Positions 8,138 through 17,865 are shown, counted from the first letter of the stretch. The stretch is DNA of 64,000 bases from Longimicrobiales bacterium (GCA_963664435.2 CAXXKM010000001.1:128001-192000); one strand, 5' to 3'. Notes: a model not told the origin generated them from the sequence alone. Numbers and translations: made by a program.

Positions 8138-10585
8138 ATGAGCGGGTACACGATGCTCGATGATTTCCGCTACTCCGTGAGGGCCCTTCGGAGGACCCCC
8201 GGGTTCACCGTTGTGGCCGCATTGGTGCTCGCTCTCGGGATCGGCGCCACGAGCGCGATCTTCAGCGTACTGAGCGCCGTGGTGTTGCGGCCCGTGCCTT
8301 TTCCGGACGGCCAAAGGGTCGTGAATCTGGCGTGGAGCTACGGTGCCTACGCCTCCCCCTACCTGACGGCAGCCAGGTTCTCGTACTGGCAGGAGCGCAC
8401 GCGCTCCCTCGGCACGTTCGCGAGCTGGCGGCCGTTTTTCGGGCGGGTCGGCGAAGTCGGCGAGATCACGGGCGCTCAAGGCCTGCGCGTAACGGCGGGC
8501 TTTTTCGGCGTGCTGGGCATGTCGCCGACGGTGGGTCGTGCCTTCGCCGAGGATGAGTACCGACCGGGCGGACCGAGAGTCGCGGTGGTGTCTCCAGGGT
8601 TCTGGCGCGAGCACTTCGGCGAACAGGTGGACGTGTCCGGCCGCGTCTCGATCAGGCTGGAAGAAGAGGCCTACCCGATCATCGGGCTGCTTCCCGAGGA
8701 TTTCGCGTTCCCTTACGTCCCGGAACCCGTGGAGATCATCCTGCCCACGGAGGTGCCACCCGTCGACCCTGACGACCATGGCGAGAATTGGCCGGCTATC
8801 GCAAGACTCGGCGAGGACTACACGATGAGTGACGCCCGGACCGAGGTTGCGTCGCTCAATGCCGGGTTCGGGGTGACTTACCCCCAGCAGGCCGCCGAAG
8901 CGGAACCCGGCATGATGCTCGACTCTTTCGCGGAGTTGTACGTCGGGCAGACGGCGAGTGCGATCTGGATCCTGATGGGTGCCGTCATGGCCGTCCTGCT
9001 GATCACCTGCGCCAACGTCGGCAACCTGTTCCTCGTCAGGGCGCTGCGACGGCGTGGGGAGATGGCGCTTTGCGCCGCGCTCGGAGCAACGAAGAGCCGC
9101 ATCGTGCGCCTCGGCATGGCAGAGGCCGTCGCCGTGGCTTCGGCGGCGGGCGTCGTCGGAATCGCGCTCGCGGTCTGGGGCGCCAACGTGCTCGTCGCAT
9201 TGGCGCCCGTCCGGCTGCCGCTGGCAGGCGCGATCACGGTGGACTGGAGGGTTGTAGCGTTCACGATCGCGATCTCGCTGACCGCGGCGGTCGTGGTGAG
9301 TCTCGTGGCTGCGTGGCCCGGGGTGCGCGGGGGACTGTGGCGGGCGCTGGGACAGGGGTTCCGGACCACGAGCGGACAGCGTCGATTGCAGGAGGCGCTG
9401 GTATCGGGGCAGACGGCGCTCTCGACCATTCTGCTGGTGGCGGCCGGTCTGCTCTTCACCACCTGGTCGAACCTCAGGCAGGTCGACCCCGGATTCGATC
9501 CCGAAGCGCTCGTAGCCGTGAAACTGCCGATCAGGCCGCCGAACTATGACACCTCCGAGCAGCTTGACGAGTTTGCGCAGGGAGTGATCGAACGTGTGCG
9601 AACCTCGGAGGGAATCAACCTCGTCGCCGGAGCCAGCAGTCTCCCCTTTGAGCGGGGCCTGAACTTCCCCGTTTCAATCGCGGGACGTGATGAGTTCGGT
9701 GGCTCGGTCGAGCTGCGAACCGTCACCCGGGGATATTTCCGGACGCTGGGGGTCCCGTTGGTGCGCGGACGATCGTTCACTCCAGCGGATGTTCGGGGCG
9801 CAGTCCCGGTCGCCATCGTCAATGAGACGTTCGCGCGCAGTTACTTTCCCGATGGCGACGCAATCGGACAGCGCATCGATCCCGGGCGAATCGGCAACGA
9901 GTACCGACTCCCTTCCCTGGAAGGGCCCGGAGTCCTGATCGTCGGCGTGGCTTCTGATGTGCAAGACGTTTCGTTCCGGACCGAGGTCCGTCGAACGATG
10001 TACCTTCCGCACGCTCAGGTCGGCGATTACATCGCCAACATCCGACCCTCGATGCCGGTGTTCGTCGTGCGGAGCACGCTGCCTGTGGACCGGCTCGAGC
10101 GGGCATTTGGGCAGGCGACTCGCATTGTGGACCCCGCGCTTCCCGGTCCTGATGTCTTCCCTCTGAGCGAGACGGTCGCGGAGACAATGGCCCGGGAACG
10201 ATTCGGCACCCTGCTCGTGGCGCTCTTCGGCGCTCTCTCGCTCATCCTGACCGCGGTCGGCGTCTACGCCGTGTTGGCCCAGACCGTACGAAGTCGACGC
10301 CGCGAGATCGGAATCCGAATGGCTGTAGGCGCGAGCGCCGACCAGGTACTGCGGCTGTCCGTCGTGCGAGGGCTGCTCCCGGTCGTGGTCGGGGTCGGCA
10401 TTGGACTCGCGGGTGCGATGGCCCTCTCGGGTCTGCTGGAAGCCTACCTCTGGGGCGTAACCGGCACCGACGCCAGGACGCTCGGCATCGCTGCCGGCGG
10501 CATCCTCGTTGTGGCCACCCTGGCGTGTTGGATTCCCGCGCGGGAAGCGGCGGGGATGGACCCCGTCACAGCGTTGGCCTCATGA
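8138..10585 (+). CDS. Duplicated MacB/FtsX-type ABC permease (ADOP-like)
   Basis: 'RYSVRALRRTPGFTVVAALVLALGIGA', 'LLITCANVGNLFL', 'RRREIGIRMAVGA', 'CWIPAREAAGMDPVTAL'; 815 aa. Confidence 0.92.
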   Translation: MSGYTMLDDFRYSVRALRRTPGFTVVAALVLALGIGATSAIFSVLSAVVLRPVPFPDGQRVVNLAWSYGAYASPYLTAARFSYWQERTRSLGTFASWRPFFGRVGEVGEITGAQGLRVTAGFFGVLGMSPTVGRAFAEDEYRPGGPRVAVVSPGFWREHFGEQVDVSGRVSIRLEEEAYPIIGLLPEDFAFPYVPEPVEIILPTEVPPVDPDDHGENWPAIARLGEDYTMSDARTEVASLNAGFGVTYPQQAAEAEPGMMLDSFAELYVGQTASAIWILMGAVMAVLLITCANVGNLFLVRALRRRGEMALCAALGATKSRIVRLGMAEAVAVASAAGVVGIALAVWGANVLVALAPVRLPLAGAITVDWRVVAFTIAISLTAAVVVSLVAAWPGVRGGLWRALGQGFRTTSGQRRLQEALVSGQTALSTILLVAAGLLFTTWSNLRQVDPGFDPEALVAVKLPIRPPNYDTSEQLDEFAQGVIERVRTSEGINLVAGASSLPFERGLNFPVSIAGRDEFGGSVELRTVTRGYFRTLGVPLVRGRSFTPADVRGAVPVAIVNETFARSYFPDGDAIGQRIDPGRIGNEYRLPSLEGPGVLIVGVASDVQDVSFRTEVRRTMYLPHAQVGDYIANIRPSMPVFVVRSTLPVDRLERAFGQATRIVDPALPGPDVFPLSETVAETMARERFGTLLVALFGALSLILTAVGVYAVLAQTVRSRRREIGIRMAVGASADQVLRLSVVRGLLPVVVGVGIGLAGAMALSGLLEAYLWGVTGTDARTLGIAAGGILVVATLACWIPAREAAGMDPVTALAS

Positions 10586-10604
10586 GAACCCCAAGGAGCC
10601 AGAC

Positions 10605-11885
10605 TTGGACATAATTCGCGATACCGGCCCCAGGAAGCGGAGGAAGAGGCTGGCGTGGAGCGCAACGGCCATCGGCGCCTTCGCGATCGCCGTCTTCGGA
10701 TGGCAGCTGCTTCCGTCGGGCGTCCCCAGCGTTGATGCCGCCATCATCTGGAGCGACACGGTGGCGCACGGAACGTTGATTCGGCAGGTGCGGGGTCCGG
10801 GCACGCTCGTACCGGAGCAAATGCGCTGGATCACCGCGGTGACCGCCGGACGTATCGAGCAGATTCTCTCGCTGCCCGGCGCCGAAGTCTCAGCCGGTGA
10901 TCTCATCATGCGCTTGAGCAACCCGGATGTGGACATGCAATTGCTGCAGGCCCAGCAGCAGTTGTCGGCGGCGCACGCGAGCCTCGTTCAACTGAGGACC
11001 AGCCTGCGGATGCAGGAGCTTCAGCTGCGCGCCACCACGGCAACCGTGCGTGCGGACTACCTGGAGGCGGAGCGAACCCATCGGATCAACCAGCAGCTCT
11101 TTGACGAGAATCCGGAACTCGTCGCCCGGGCCGACCTCGATCGGTCACGCGAGTCCGTGGAAGCCCTGTCGCTTCGCCTCGAGACCGAGGCGGAGCGTCT
11201 GGCCGTGATCCAGACCACGTCCGGGGAGCAAATCGGCGCCCAGGAGGAACAGATCACGCGGCTCGCCGACCTGGTCCGGTTCAGCCGGGATCGAATCGGG
11301 TCCATGCACGTGACCGCATCGGTGCGCGGGGTGTTGGCGCCGCTCGACATTCCGCTACAGGAGGGACAGTGGGTGCAGTCGGGGCAGGCCCTGTCGCGAG
11401 TCGTCGTTCCGGGTCGCCTGAAAGCGGAGATCCGCATACCGCAGACGCAGGCGCAGGAGATCGCTGTTGGACAGGTCGCGATGATCGACACGCGGACGGA
11501 CACGATTCAGGGGCGGGTCGTGCGCATCGATCCCGCGGTTCGGAGCGGAACCGTGACCATCGACGTCGCACTTCCGCCGGACCTTCCACCATCGGCGCGC
11601 CCCGATCTCAGCGTTGACGGAAACGTCGTCGTCGAGCGCCTCGATGACGTAATCCACATGAGCCGTCCGACGTTCGGGCAGGCCAATCGGCAGATGAGCC
11701 TCTTCAGGGTGGTCGATGACGGGCGGTTCGCAGAGCGCGTTACCGTCCGCCTGGGCGCGAGTTCGCTCAACGACATCGAGGTACGCGAGGGACTGCAGCC
11801 CGGCGACGTCGTGATTCTGTCGGACATGTCCCAATGGGACGGGTTCAGCCGGGTGAGGCTGAGAGGACGCGGAGGAGCACGATGA
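10605..11885 (+). CDS. Periplasmic adaptor (membrane fusion protein, HlyD/MacA-like)
   Basis: TTG start after AAGGAG; single TM; VRGPGTLVP; coiled hairpin; GLQPGDVVILSD. Confidence 0.88.
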   Translation: MDIIRDTGPRKRRKRLAWSATAIGAFAIAVFGWQLLPSGVPSVDAAIIWSDTVAHGTLIRQVRGPGTLVPEQMRWITAVTAGRIEQILSLPGAEVSAGDLIMRLSNPDVDMQLLQAQQQLSAAHASLVQLRTSLRMQELQLRATTATVRADYLEAERTHRINQQLFDENPELVARADLDRSRESVEALSLRLETEAERLAVIQTTSGEQIGAQEEQITRLADLVRFSRDRIGSMHVTASVRGVLAPLDIPLQEGQWVQSGQALSRVVVPGRLKAEIRIPQTQAQEIAVGQVAMIDTRTDTIQGRVVRIDPAVRSGTVTIDVALPPDLPPSARPDLSVDGNVVVERLDDVIHMSRPTFGQANRQMSLFRVVDDGRFAERVTVRLGASSLNDIEVREGLQPGDVVILSDMSQWDGFSRVRLRGRGGAR

Positions 11886-12604
11886 TGGCCAATGATCCGC
11901 TGATCCGGCTGGACGGCGTGGGCAAGGTTTTCCTTGCCGAAGAGGTGGAAACGCACGCGCTGTCGAACATCAATCTGTCGATACGCAGCGGCGAGTACAT
12001 ATCGATTGCGGGTCCATCGGGCTGCGGCAAGACGACGTTGTTGTCGATTCTGGGATTGCTGGACGGTCCCACGAGCGGGCGCTACGTGCTGGACGGCACC
12101 CCGGCCGAGAAGCTGGATGCGGGCCAGCGGGCACGAGTTCGCAACCGGGCGATCGGCTTCATCTTCCAGGCGTTCAACCTGATCGGTGACCTGACCGTGT
12201 ACGAGAATGTCGAGTTGCCGCTGACCTATCGGGGGATGGGGGCCGCGGAACGCAAGGAGCGGGTGCAGGAGTCCCTCGAACGTGTGGGGCTTGCTCATCG
12301 CACGCGGCACTATCCCAACCAGTTGTCGGGCGGCCAGCAGCAGCGTGTCGCGGTCGCGCGGGCGATCGTCGGAAGCCCGCTCATCCTGCTCGCGGACGAG
12401 CCCACGGGGAACCTCGACTCCAGAAACGGAATCGCAGTGATGAGGCTTCTCGATGAGTTGCATGCCGATGGCGCCACGATCTGCATGGTGACGCACGATC
12501 CGCGGTATTTCCACATGGCCGAACGGACCGTCCACCTCTTCGACGGGCAGATCGTGAGCGAGGATGAAGCGCAGCGGCAGGCCCTTGAGAGGGTCGGTCC
12601 CTGA
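11882..12604 (+). CDS. ABC transporter ATP-binding protein (LolD/MacB-type)
   Basis: [32 protein letters not shown]. Confidence 0.95.
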   Translation: MMANDPLIRLDGVGKVFLAEEVETHALSNINLSIRSGEYISIAGPSGCGKTTLLSILGLLDGPTSGRYVLDGTPAEKLDAGQRARVRNRAIGFIFQAFNLIGDLTVYENVELPLTYRGMGAAERKERVQESLERVGLAHRTRHYPNQLSGGQQQRVAVARAIVGSPLILLADEPTGNLDSRNGIAVMRLLDELHADGATICMVTHDPRYFHMAERTVHLFDGQIVSEDEAQRQALERVGP

Positions 12605-12641
12605 GGATGGAGACAGTCACGGGATTGGAGCAGGCGGCTTC

Positions 12642-12823
12642 ATGAGTCCCACGCTCCGGAACGCGTTGCGGCGGCTGAGGCGAAACCCCGGATTCAGCCG
12701 GTCGTCGTCTGCGGTACCGTGTTTCTGACAGCAGGAATCGCCATCATCAGACCAGTCCTGTCGACCGTTCGGCGGGATGCGATGGGACTGATTCAGCAAG
12801 GACTGTCGGGGCGTTCCACATGA
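12642..12823 (+). pseudogene. Remnant of a second ADOP-like permease: N-terminus joined out of frame to C-terminus
   Basis: 12642 frame reads MSPTLRNALRRLRRNPGFS; 12701 frame reads VVVCGTVFLTAGIAIIRPVLSTVRRDAMGLIQ..stop 12823, matching the two ends of the 8138 permease. Confidence 0.65.
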
Positions 12824-12847
12824 TTCCGGGTCGGCCGCCCCGGCGAC

Positions 12848-14044
12848 TCAATGTGACTCCACCGGCGTCATCCCCACGTACTTGAGCCCGCTTCCGGTGT
12901 TGAACAGCACCGTCTCGTCGTCCTCGGAGAGGAGCCCCATCCGGAGCAGCTCCGTGACCGACGCCAGCACCGCGCCTCCTTCCGGACATGCGAAGATGCC
13001 CGTGCATTCCCCCATCACGCGCACCGCTTCCGCCATCGCCGCGTCCTCGATCGCCACCGCGCCGCCCCCCGACTCCCTGATCGCGCGCAGCATCAGGAAG
13101 TCCCCCACCGCCGCCGGGACCCGGAGCCCCGCCGCGTAGGTCTCGGCGTCCTGCCAGAACTGCGCCGCCTCGGTGCCTTCCTGCCAGGCCCGCACCACCG
13201 GCGCGCACCCGGTCGGCTGAACCGAGAACATCTTCGGCCGCTCGTCCCCGATCCAGCCCATCTGCTCCATCTCGTCGAACGCCTTCCACATCCCGATGAG
13301 ACCGGTGCCTCCTCCGGTCGGATAGATCACGGCGTCCGGGAGCCGGAACCCCAGCTGCTCGAAGAGCTCGTACCCCATCGTTTTCTTGCCTTCCACCCGG
13401 TACGGCTCCTTCAGGGTGGAGAGATCCCACCAGCCCATGTAGTCGGCCCCCTCGCGCACCACCTTCCCGCAGTCGGTGATGAGCCCGTCCATGAGCACCA
13501 GGTCGGCGCCCAGCCCGCGGATCTCCTCGACGATGGGCGCGGGGGTGTCGTTGGGCGCCACGATGTGCACCGGGAGTCCGCCCGCGGCCCCGTACGCGGC
13601 CGCCGCGCTGCCCGCGTTGCCCGCCGAGGGGATCGCCAGCTCCTGCGCTCCCAGCTCCTTCGCCCGCGACACGGCGAGGCACAGCCCGCGGTCCTTGAAG
13701 CTGCCCGTGGGGTTCATGCCCTCGTTCTTCACCCAGAGGCGCCGCATGCCGTACCGCTCCGCGAGCCGCGGGGCGTCCGTGAGCGGCGTCCAGCCCTCCC
13801 CAAGCGACAGCTGGCATTCCGGTACCCGCACCGGCAGCACCTCCTCGTAGCGCCACAGATCCGGCCGCCGCCCTGCCAGATCGCCGGGGCGGAAGTGGCG
13901 ACGGATGGTGTCAAGATCGTAGCGCGCGAACAGGGGCCTCCCGGCGGGCGAGAGGCCCATCAGCTGCTCGCTGTCGAAGGTCTCGCCGGTCCAGGTGCAC
14001 TCCAGATGACTGGCGCCGCGCGCCTTCCACGGAATTGCGTTCAT
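12848..14044 (-). CDS. thrC: Threonine synthase (fold-type II PLP enzyme)
   Basis: SLGEGWTPL, NPTGSFKDRG (PLP lysine), SAGNAG, EGKKTMGYE, PTGGGTG, FNTGSGLKY. Confidence 0.85.
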   Translation of the reverse strand: MNAIPWKARGASHLECTWTGETFDSEQLMGLSPAGRPLFARYDLDTIRRHFRPGDLAGRRPDLWRYEEVLPVRVPECQLSLGEGWTPLTDAPRLAERYGMRRLWVKNEGMNPTGSFKDRGLCLAVSRAKELGAQELAIPSAGNAGSAAAAYGAAGGLPVHIVAPNDTPAPIVEEIRGLGADLVLMDGLITDCGKVVREGADYMGWWDLSTLKEPYRVEGKKTMGYELFEQLGFRLPDAVIYPTGGGTGLIGMWKAFDEMEQMGWIGDERPKMFSVQPTGCAPVVRAWQEGTEAAQFWQDAETYAAGLRVPAAVGDFLMLRAIRESGGGAVAIEDAAMAEAVRVMGECTGIFACPEGGAVLASVTELLRMGLLSEDDETVLFNTGSGLKYVGMTPVESH

Positions 14045-14294
14045 GTGCGTGGCCTTTCAAGTCTCGAGGGAAAGCTGCGACATCAGGCGTGCGCCGGCAT
14101 GGTGGACAAGTTCCCGCATCCGCGTCCCGGGCGCGAGCCTGATCTCGCCGTCCGCCGCCAGCGATCGTGCATGCCGGGGACCCGGCTTGTTCCGATACCC
14201 GGGCGAGTGGTGTAGGCTTTGTGAAGATGCGGCGCAAGGTTACAGGCAACCATCCACAACCGCAACACATCCAACAGACGTAGTTCGGGACGCC

Positions 14295-14321
14295 GGAAAC
14301 TGGTCTGGATACAACCCGAAT
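14295..14321 (+). promoter_or_regulatory. Possible ECF-type promoter GGAAAC-N16-CGAAT upstream of the ECF sigma gene
   Basis: AAC-containing -35 and 16-nt spacer resemble autoregulated ECF promoters; -10 is imperfect. Confidence 0.3.
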
Positions 14322-14379
14322 GAGTCGAGCACAGAGGACATTCGCGCTTCGCAACGAGCGGGTACCGACGGATGAAGGG

Positions 14380-14940
14380 ATGAACGAGTCCCAGATGATC
14401 CGCAGGGCGAGCGAAGGGGACGCTCGGGCGGTGCGGTCGCTGTACGACCGCTACAGCCCTCGCGTGTATGCCGTGGTGCGCAGAATCGCGGGGGACGACC
14501 ACACTGCCCAGGACTACGCCCAGGAGACCTGGGTGCGCGTCATCCGGGCGCTTCCGACGTTCCGCGGCGACTCGAAGTTCTCGACCTGGCTGCATCGCAT
14601 CGCGGTCAACGCGGCGCTGCAGGCGAGGCGCAGGGAGAGCACCCGGCAGGATCGGGAGGTGCCGATCCCCGAGACGGTTTCGGTGCGGTCCTCGCCGGGC
14701 GATCCTCTCCTGGCGCGGCGGCTGGAGAAGGCCCTGGACCGGCTTCCGGAAGGAATGCGGCGCGTGCTGATCCTCCATGACGTCGAGGGCTACACGCATC
14801 AGGACATCGGTGAGATGACGGGCGTGACGGCGGGCACATCCAAGTCGCAGCTCTTCAAGGCGCGGGCGAAAATGAGACAATGGCTGGGGTCGGTTCACGA
14901 ACCCCGACACGAACAGGAGCGGGAAGCATGGAGCATCTGA
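14380..14940 (+). CDS. ECF RNA polymerase sigma-70 factor
   Basis: Region 2 'AQDYAQETW...FRGDSKFSTWLHRIAVN'; region 4 'LHDVEGYTHQDIG...GTSKSQLFKAR'. Confidence 0.93.
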   Translation: MNESQMIRRASEGDARAVRSLYDRYSPRVYAVVRRIAGDDHTAQDYAQETWVRVIRALPTFRGDSKFSTWLHRIAVNAALQARRRESTRQDREVPIPETVSVRSSPGDPLLARRLEKALDRLPEGMRRVLILHDVEGYTHQDIGEMTGVTAGTSKSQLFKARAKMRQWLGSVHEPRHEQEREAWSI

Positions 14941-15632
14941 GTCTGGAAGCTCTGGCTCGCCTGGTTGACGAGACACCCTTCAGGAGCGAGAGGCGGCACC
15001 TGGCCCGCTGCCCGGACTGCTCCCGGGAGCTTGAGCTGCTGCGCGAGCAGACGGAAGCGCTGGGATCGCTGCCGGATTTGCGCCCGGCGCCCGGAGACTG
15101 GCCGGCGCTGGAGGCGCGCCTGGAAAGCGAAGGCCTTCTGCGCGAAAGCACTCCGGCGGATGCGGTCATCCGCCTGATCGACCGCCGGCGGAGCTGGATG
15201 CAGGCCGCCGCCGCGGTGGTGCTCTTCCTTGCCGGAGGTCTCTCCGGAGCGGTGCTGGCGCCGGCGGGATGGGGTTTGCAAACAGGTGACGGACAAGTTG
15301 CATCGGGCGGGATGACGGCGGGTGAGGCGTCCCCGGCCGGACTCGCGGCCACGGAAGCCGGAACCATCGAGGAAGCGGCGGAGTTTCTGCGGCTCGCCGA
15401 GCAGCAGCACCGGGACGCCGCGCTGCGTTATCGCGCGCTGGCCCGCGGCCCGGAGGACGGGACGCCGATGGATGCGCGCCACTTCGCCGCGCGCGAGATG
15501 CTGGTTGCCGCAAGTCAGGCGGCCGTCCAGGAGGCTCCCGACGATCCGTTTCTGAACGGGTTCCTGGTCAGCGCCGTAGCGGAACGCGAAGCGGCGATGA
15601 ACGCGCTCTTCGCCTCCGCCGATCGATACTAG
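14928..15632 (+). CDS. Zinc-binding (HxxxCxxC) transmembrane anti-sigma factor
   Basis: HLARCPDC motif, one TM helix, overlaps the sigma gene stop. Confidence 0.8.
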   Translation: MEHLSLEALARLVDETPFRSERRHLARCPDCSRELELLREQTEALGSLPDLRPAPGDWPALEARLESEGLLRESTPADAVIRLIDRRRSWMQAAAAVVLFLAGGLSGAVLAPAGWGLQTGDGQVASGGMTAGEASPAGLAATEAGTIEEAAEFLRLAEQQHRDAALRYRALARGPEDGTPMDARHFAAREMLVAASQAAVQEAPDDPFLNGFLVSAVAEREAAMNALFASADRY

Positions 15633-16765
15633 TGTAGTGTCGCATAAGTGGCAGGGTTAACGCATGGAGAAGCCGCTATCTTCCATGCATGCCTGCTCTG
15701 CGAAGGATTCGATTGCGACCCGGGGACCGCAAGGAGCTCGAGGGATGGGTTCGAGCCCGCACGACCCCGCAGCGGCGCGTGGAGCGCGCCCGGATCATAC
15801 TGGGTTCGGCCGGAGGTTTGCCGGGCCGGACGCTGGCCCGCGAGATCGGCGTCTCGCTGCCGACCGTGCAAAGATGGCTGGACCGGTACGACGAAGAGGG
15901 GCTCGCGGGACTTGAGGATCGGTCCCGCCCCGGTCGGCCGCGAAGTACGATCACGCCCGAAGTCGAGGCCGAGGTCGTGCGCCGCACGCTCGAGGAGAAA
16001 CCGCCGCGGGGGACGCACTGGAGCACCCGCCTGATGGCCGAGGGCATGGGGCTGCATCACAGCCAGGTGGGGCGGATCTGGAACGCCCACGGACTGAAGC
16101 CCCACAGGGTGCGCTACTTCAAGCTCTCCACCGATCCCCGCTTCGTCGAGAAGCTCCGCGACGTGGTGGGGCTCTACGTGGCGCCGCCGGAGCGGGCGAT
16201 CGTCTTCTCCTTCGACGAGAAGAGCCAGATCCAGGCCCTGGACCGGACCCAGCCGGGGTTGCCGCTCAAGAAGGGACGGGCGGGCACCATGACGCACGAC
16301 TACAAGCGCCACGGGACCACGACGCTGTTCGCGGCGCTGGACGTCGCCACCGGAGAGGTCATCCACCAGTGTCTGCCCCGTCACCGGCACCAGGAGTTCC
16401 TCCGCTTCCTGCGCACCGTCGAAAAACAATGCGACCCGGAACTCGACCTGCACTTCATCCTCGACAACTACGCCACCCACAAGCATGCCCGAGTGAAGGA
16501 CTGGCTGGACCGGCACCCCCGAGTCCACTTCCACTTCGTGCCCACCTCGTCCTCGTGGCTCAATCTCGTCGAGCGCTTCTTCTCCGAACTCACGCAGCGC
16601 CAGCTCAAACGCCTCGCCGTCCACAGCGTCGGCCAGCTCGTCCACGCGATCACGTCCTACATCGACCACAGGAACCGCGCCCCGAAACCCTTCGTCTGGA
16701 CCGCCACCGTTCGCGACATCCTGGCTAAGGTCAACCGTGCCAACACCGCTTTAGCGGCACAACAC
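15632..16765 (+). mobile_element. IS630-family insertion sequence
   Basis: Terminal inverted repeats GTGTAGTGTCGCATAAG / GTGTTGTGCCGCTAAAG (13/17); duplicated TA at 15630-15631 and 16766-16767 in a CTAG context. Confidence 0.92.
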
Positions 16766-16768
16766 TAG
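15689..16768 (+). CDS. IS630-family transposase
   Basis: N-terminal HTH; FSFDEKS, HDYKRHGT, ILDNYATH, WLNLVERFF (DDE); uninterrupted 359 aa. Confidence 0.95.
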   Translation: MPALRRIRLRPGDRKELEGWVRARTTPQRRVERARIILGSAGGLPGRTLAREIGVSLPTVQRWLDRYDEEGLAGLEDRSRPGRPRSTITPEVEAEVVRRTLEEKPPRGTHWSTRLMAEGMGLHHSQVGRIWNAHGLKPHRVRYFKLSTDPRFVEKLRDVVGLYVAPPERAIVFSFDEKSQIQALDRTQPGLPLKKGRAGTMTHDYKRHGTTTLFAALDVATGEVIHQCLPRHRHQEFLRFLRTVEKQCDPELDLHFILDNYATHKHARVKDWLDRHPRVHFHFVPTSSSWLNLVERFFSELTQRQLKRLAVHSVGQLVHAITSYIDHRNRAPKPFVWTATVRDILAKVNRANTALAAQH

Positions 16769-16770
16769 CC

Positions 16771-17865
16771 ATGCTCCGTTTCCGCGCTTCCGGGGCTCTG
16801 CTCCTGGTGCTCCCGCTGTTCCCGCTGTTCCCCGCGGGGGCGGAGGCTCAGACCGGCGTCCGCACGGAGGGGGATGGCTGGATCGGCATCCAGGTCGAAG
16901 GTCGCGCGCTGCCCGACGGCTCCACCCGGGTGATGATCGTGCGGGTCGACCGCGGCAGCCCCGCCCAGCAGGCCGGGGTTCGTCCGTTCGACCTCCTGCT
17001 CCGTCTGGACGGTGAGGAGGTCTCGCCGGAAGCCCTGCTCGAGTTGGGCGAGCGCCTCCGCCCCGGACTTCCCCTCCAGCTCACGGTGCTGCGCGGCGAC
17101 CGGGAGCGGACCCTGCGCGTGATCGCCGGCGCGCGGCCCGATCCCATGGATCCGGCCACGATGGAGGAGTTCACGGCCCGGGTCGACTCGGCGCGCCTGC
17201 AGATCCTGCGCATAGTGGACTCGCTCATGGCCGATACGAGCTGGGCGAGAGTCCGAACCGAGACGCGGAGGGCCATGGTCGAGCAGGCCGAGGCCGCCGG
17301 AGAACTGGAAGCGACCGCGGAGGTGATGGCGCGGGTGCGTGAAATGATGGTGCGGGCCCGCGAGGTAATGCGGTCCCAGCGTTTCCGCCGTCCCCCGCCG
17401 TCGGGCGGTCCTCCCCCGGCACGTGTACGAATCACCATCGACGAAACCGCGGTGGGCGAGCGCGGGAGCCGCGGCGGGCCACCCGACCGCGGACCCATCG
17501 CGGTCGGCAGGAGGGGGTCCGGGGAGCGCAGAGGCTCTGGAGGCCCGCCTCCCGGCGTTCGCTTCCGGTCTCCCTACCTTCTGGGCGACCGATTCGTGGC
17601 GGGAGCCGAACTCGAGGTGGTCGAGCCGGACGCTCCGGCCGGCACCGGGGGACCGGGGCTGCAGGTCGTGCAGGTTCTGGAAGGCAGCCCCGCCGACCGC
17701 GCCGGACTGGCTCCCGAGGACCTGATCGTGACCATCGGCGGAGAACCGGTGGGCAACCTGAGGGAGTTCCGCGTCCGCCTCGGCCGACTGATCCTGCGCG
17801 GTCGCCCGGAGATGCAGGTGGTGCGCGGCGACTCGACCCTGGTGGTCATCCTGCCTCGACCGTAG
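16771..17865 (+). CDS. Secreted protein with two PDZ domains and no visible protease domain
   Basis: Signal peptide; GWIGI...GSPAQQAGVRPFDLL and GSPADRAGLAPEDLI PDZ motifs around a helical, low-complexity linker. Confidence 0.8.
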   Translation: MLRFRASGALLLVLPLFPLFPAGAEAQTGVRTEGDGWIGIQVEGRALPDGSTRVMIVRVDRGSPAQQAGVRPFDLLLRLDGEEVSPEALLELGERLRPGLPLQLTVLRGDRERTLRVIAGARPDPMDPATMEEFTARVDSARLQILRIVDSLMADTSWARVRTETRRAMVEQAEAAGELEATAEVMARVREMMVRAREVMRSQRFRRPPPSGGPPPARVRITIDETAVGERGSRGGPPDRGPIAVGRRGSGERRGSGGPPPGVRFRSPYLLGDRFVAGAELEVVEPDAPAGTGGPGLQVVQVLEGSPADRAGLAPEDLIVTIGGEPVGNLREFRVRLGRLILRGRPEMQVVRGDSTLVVILPRP

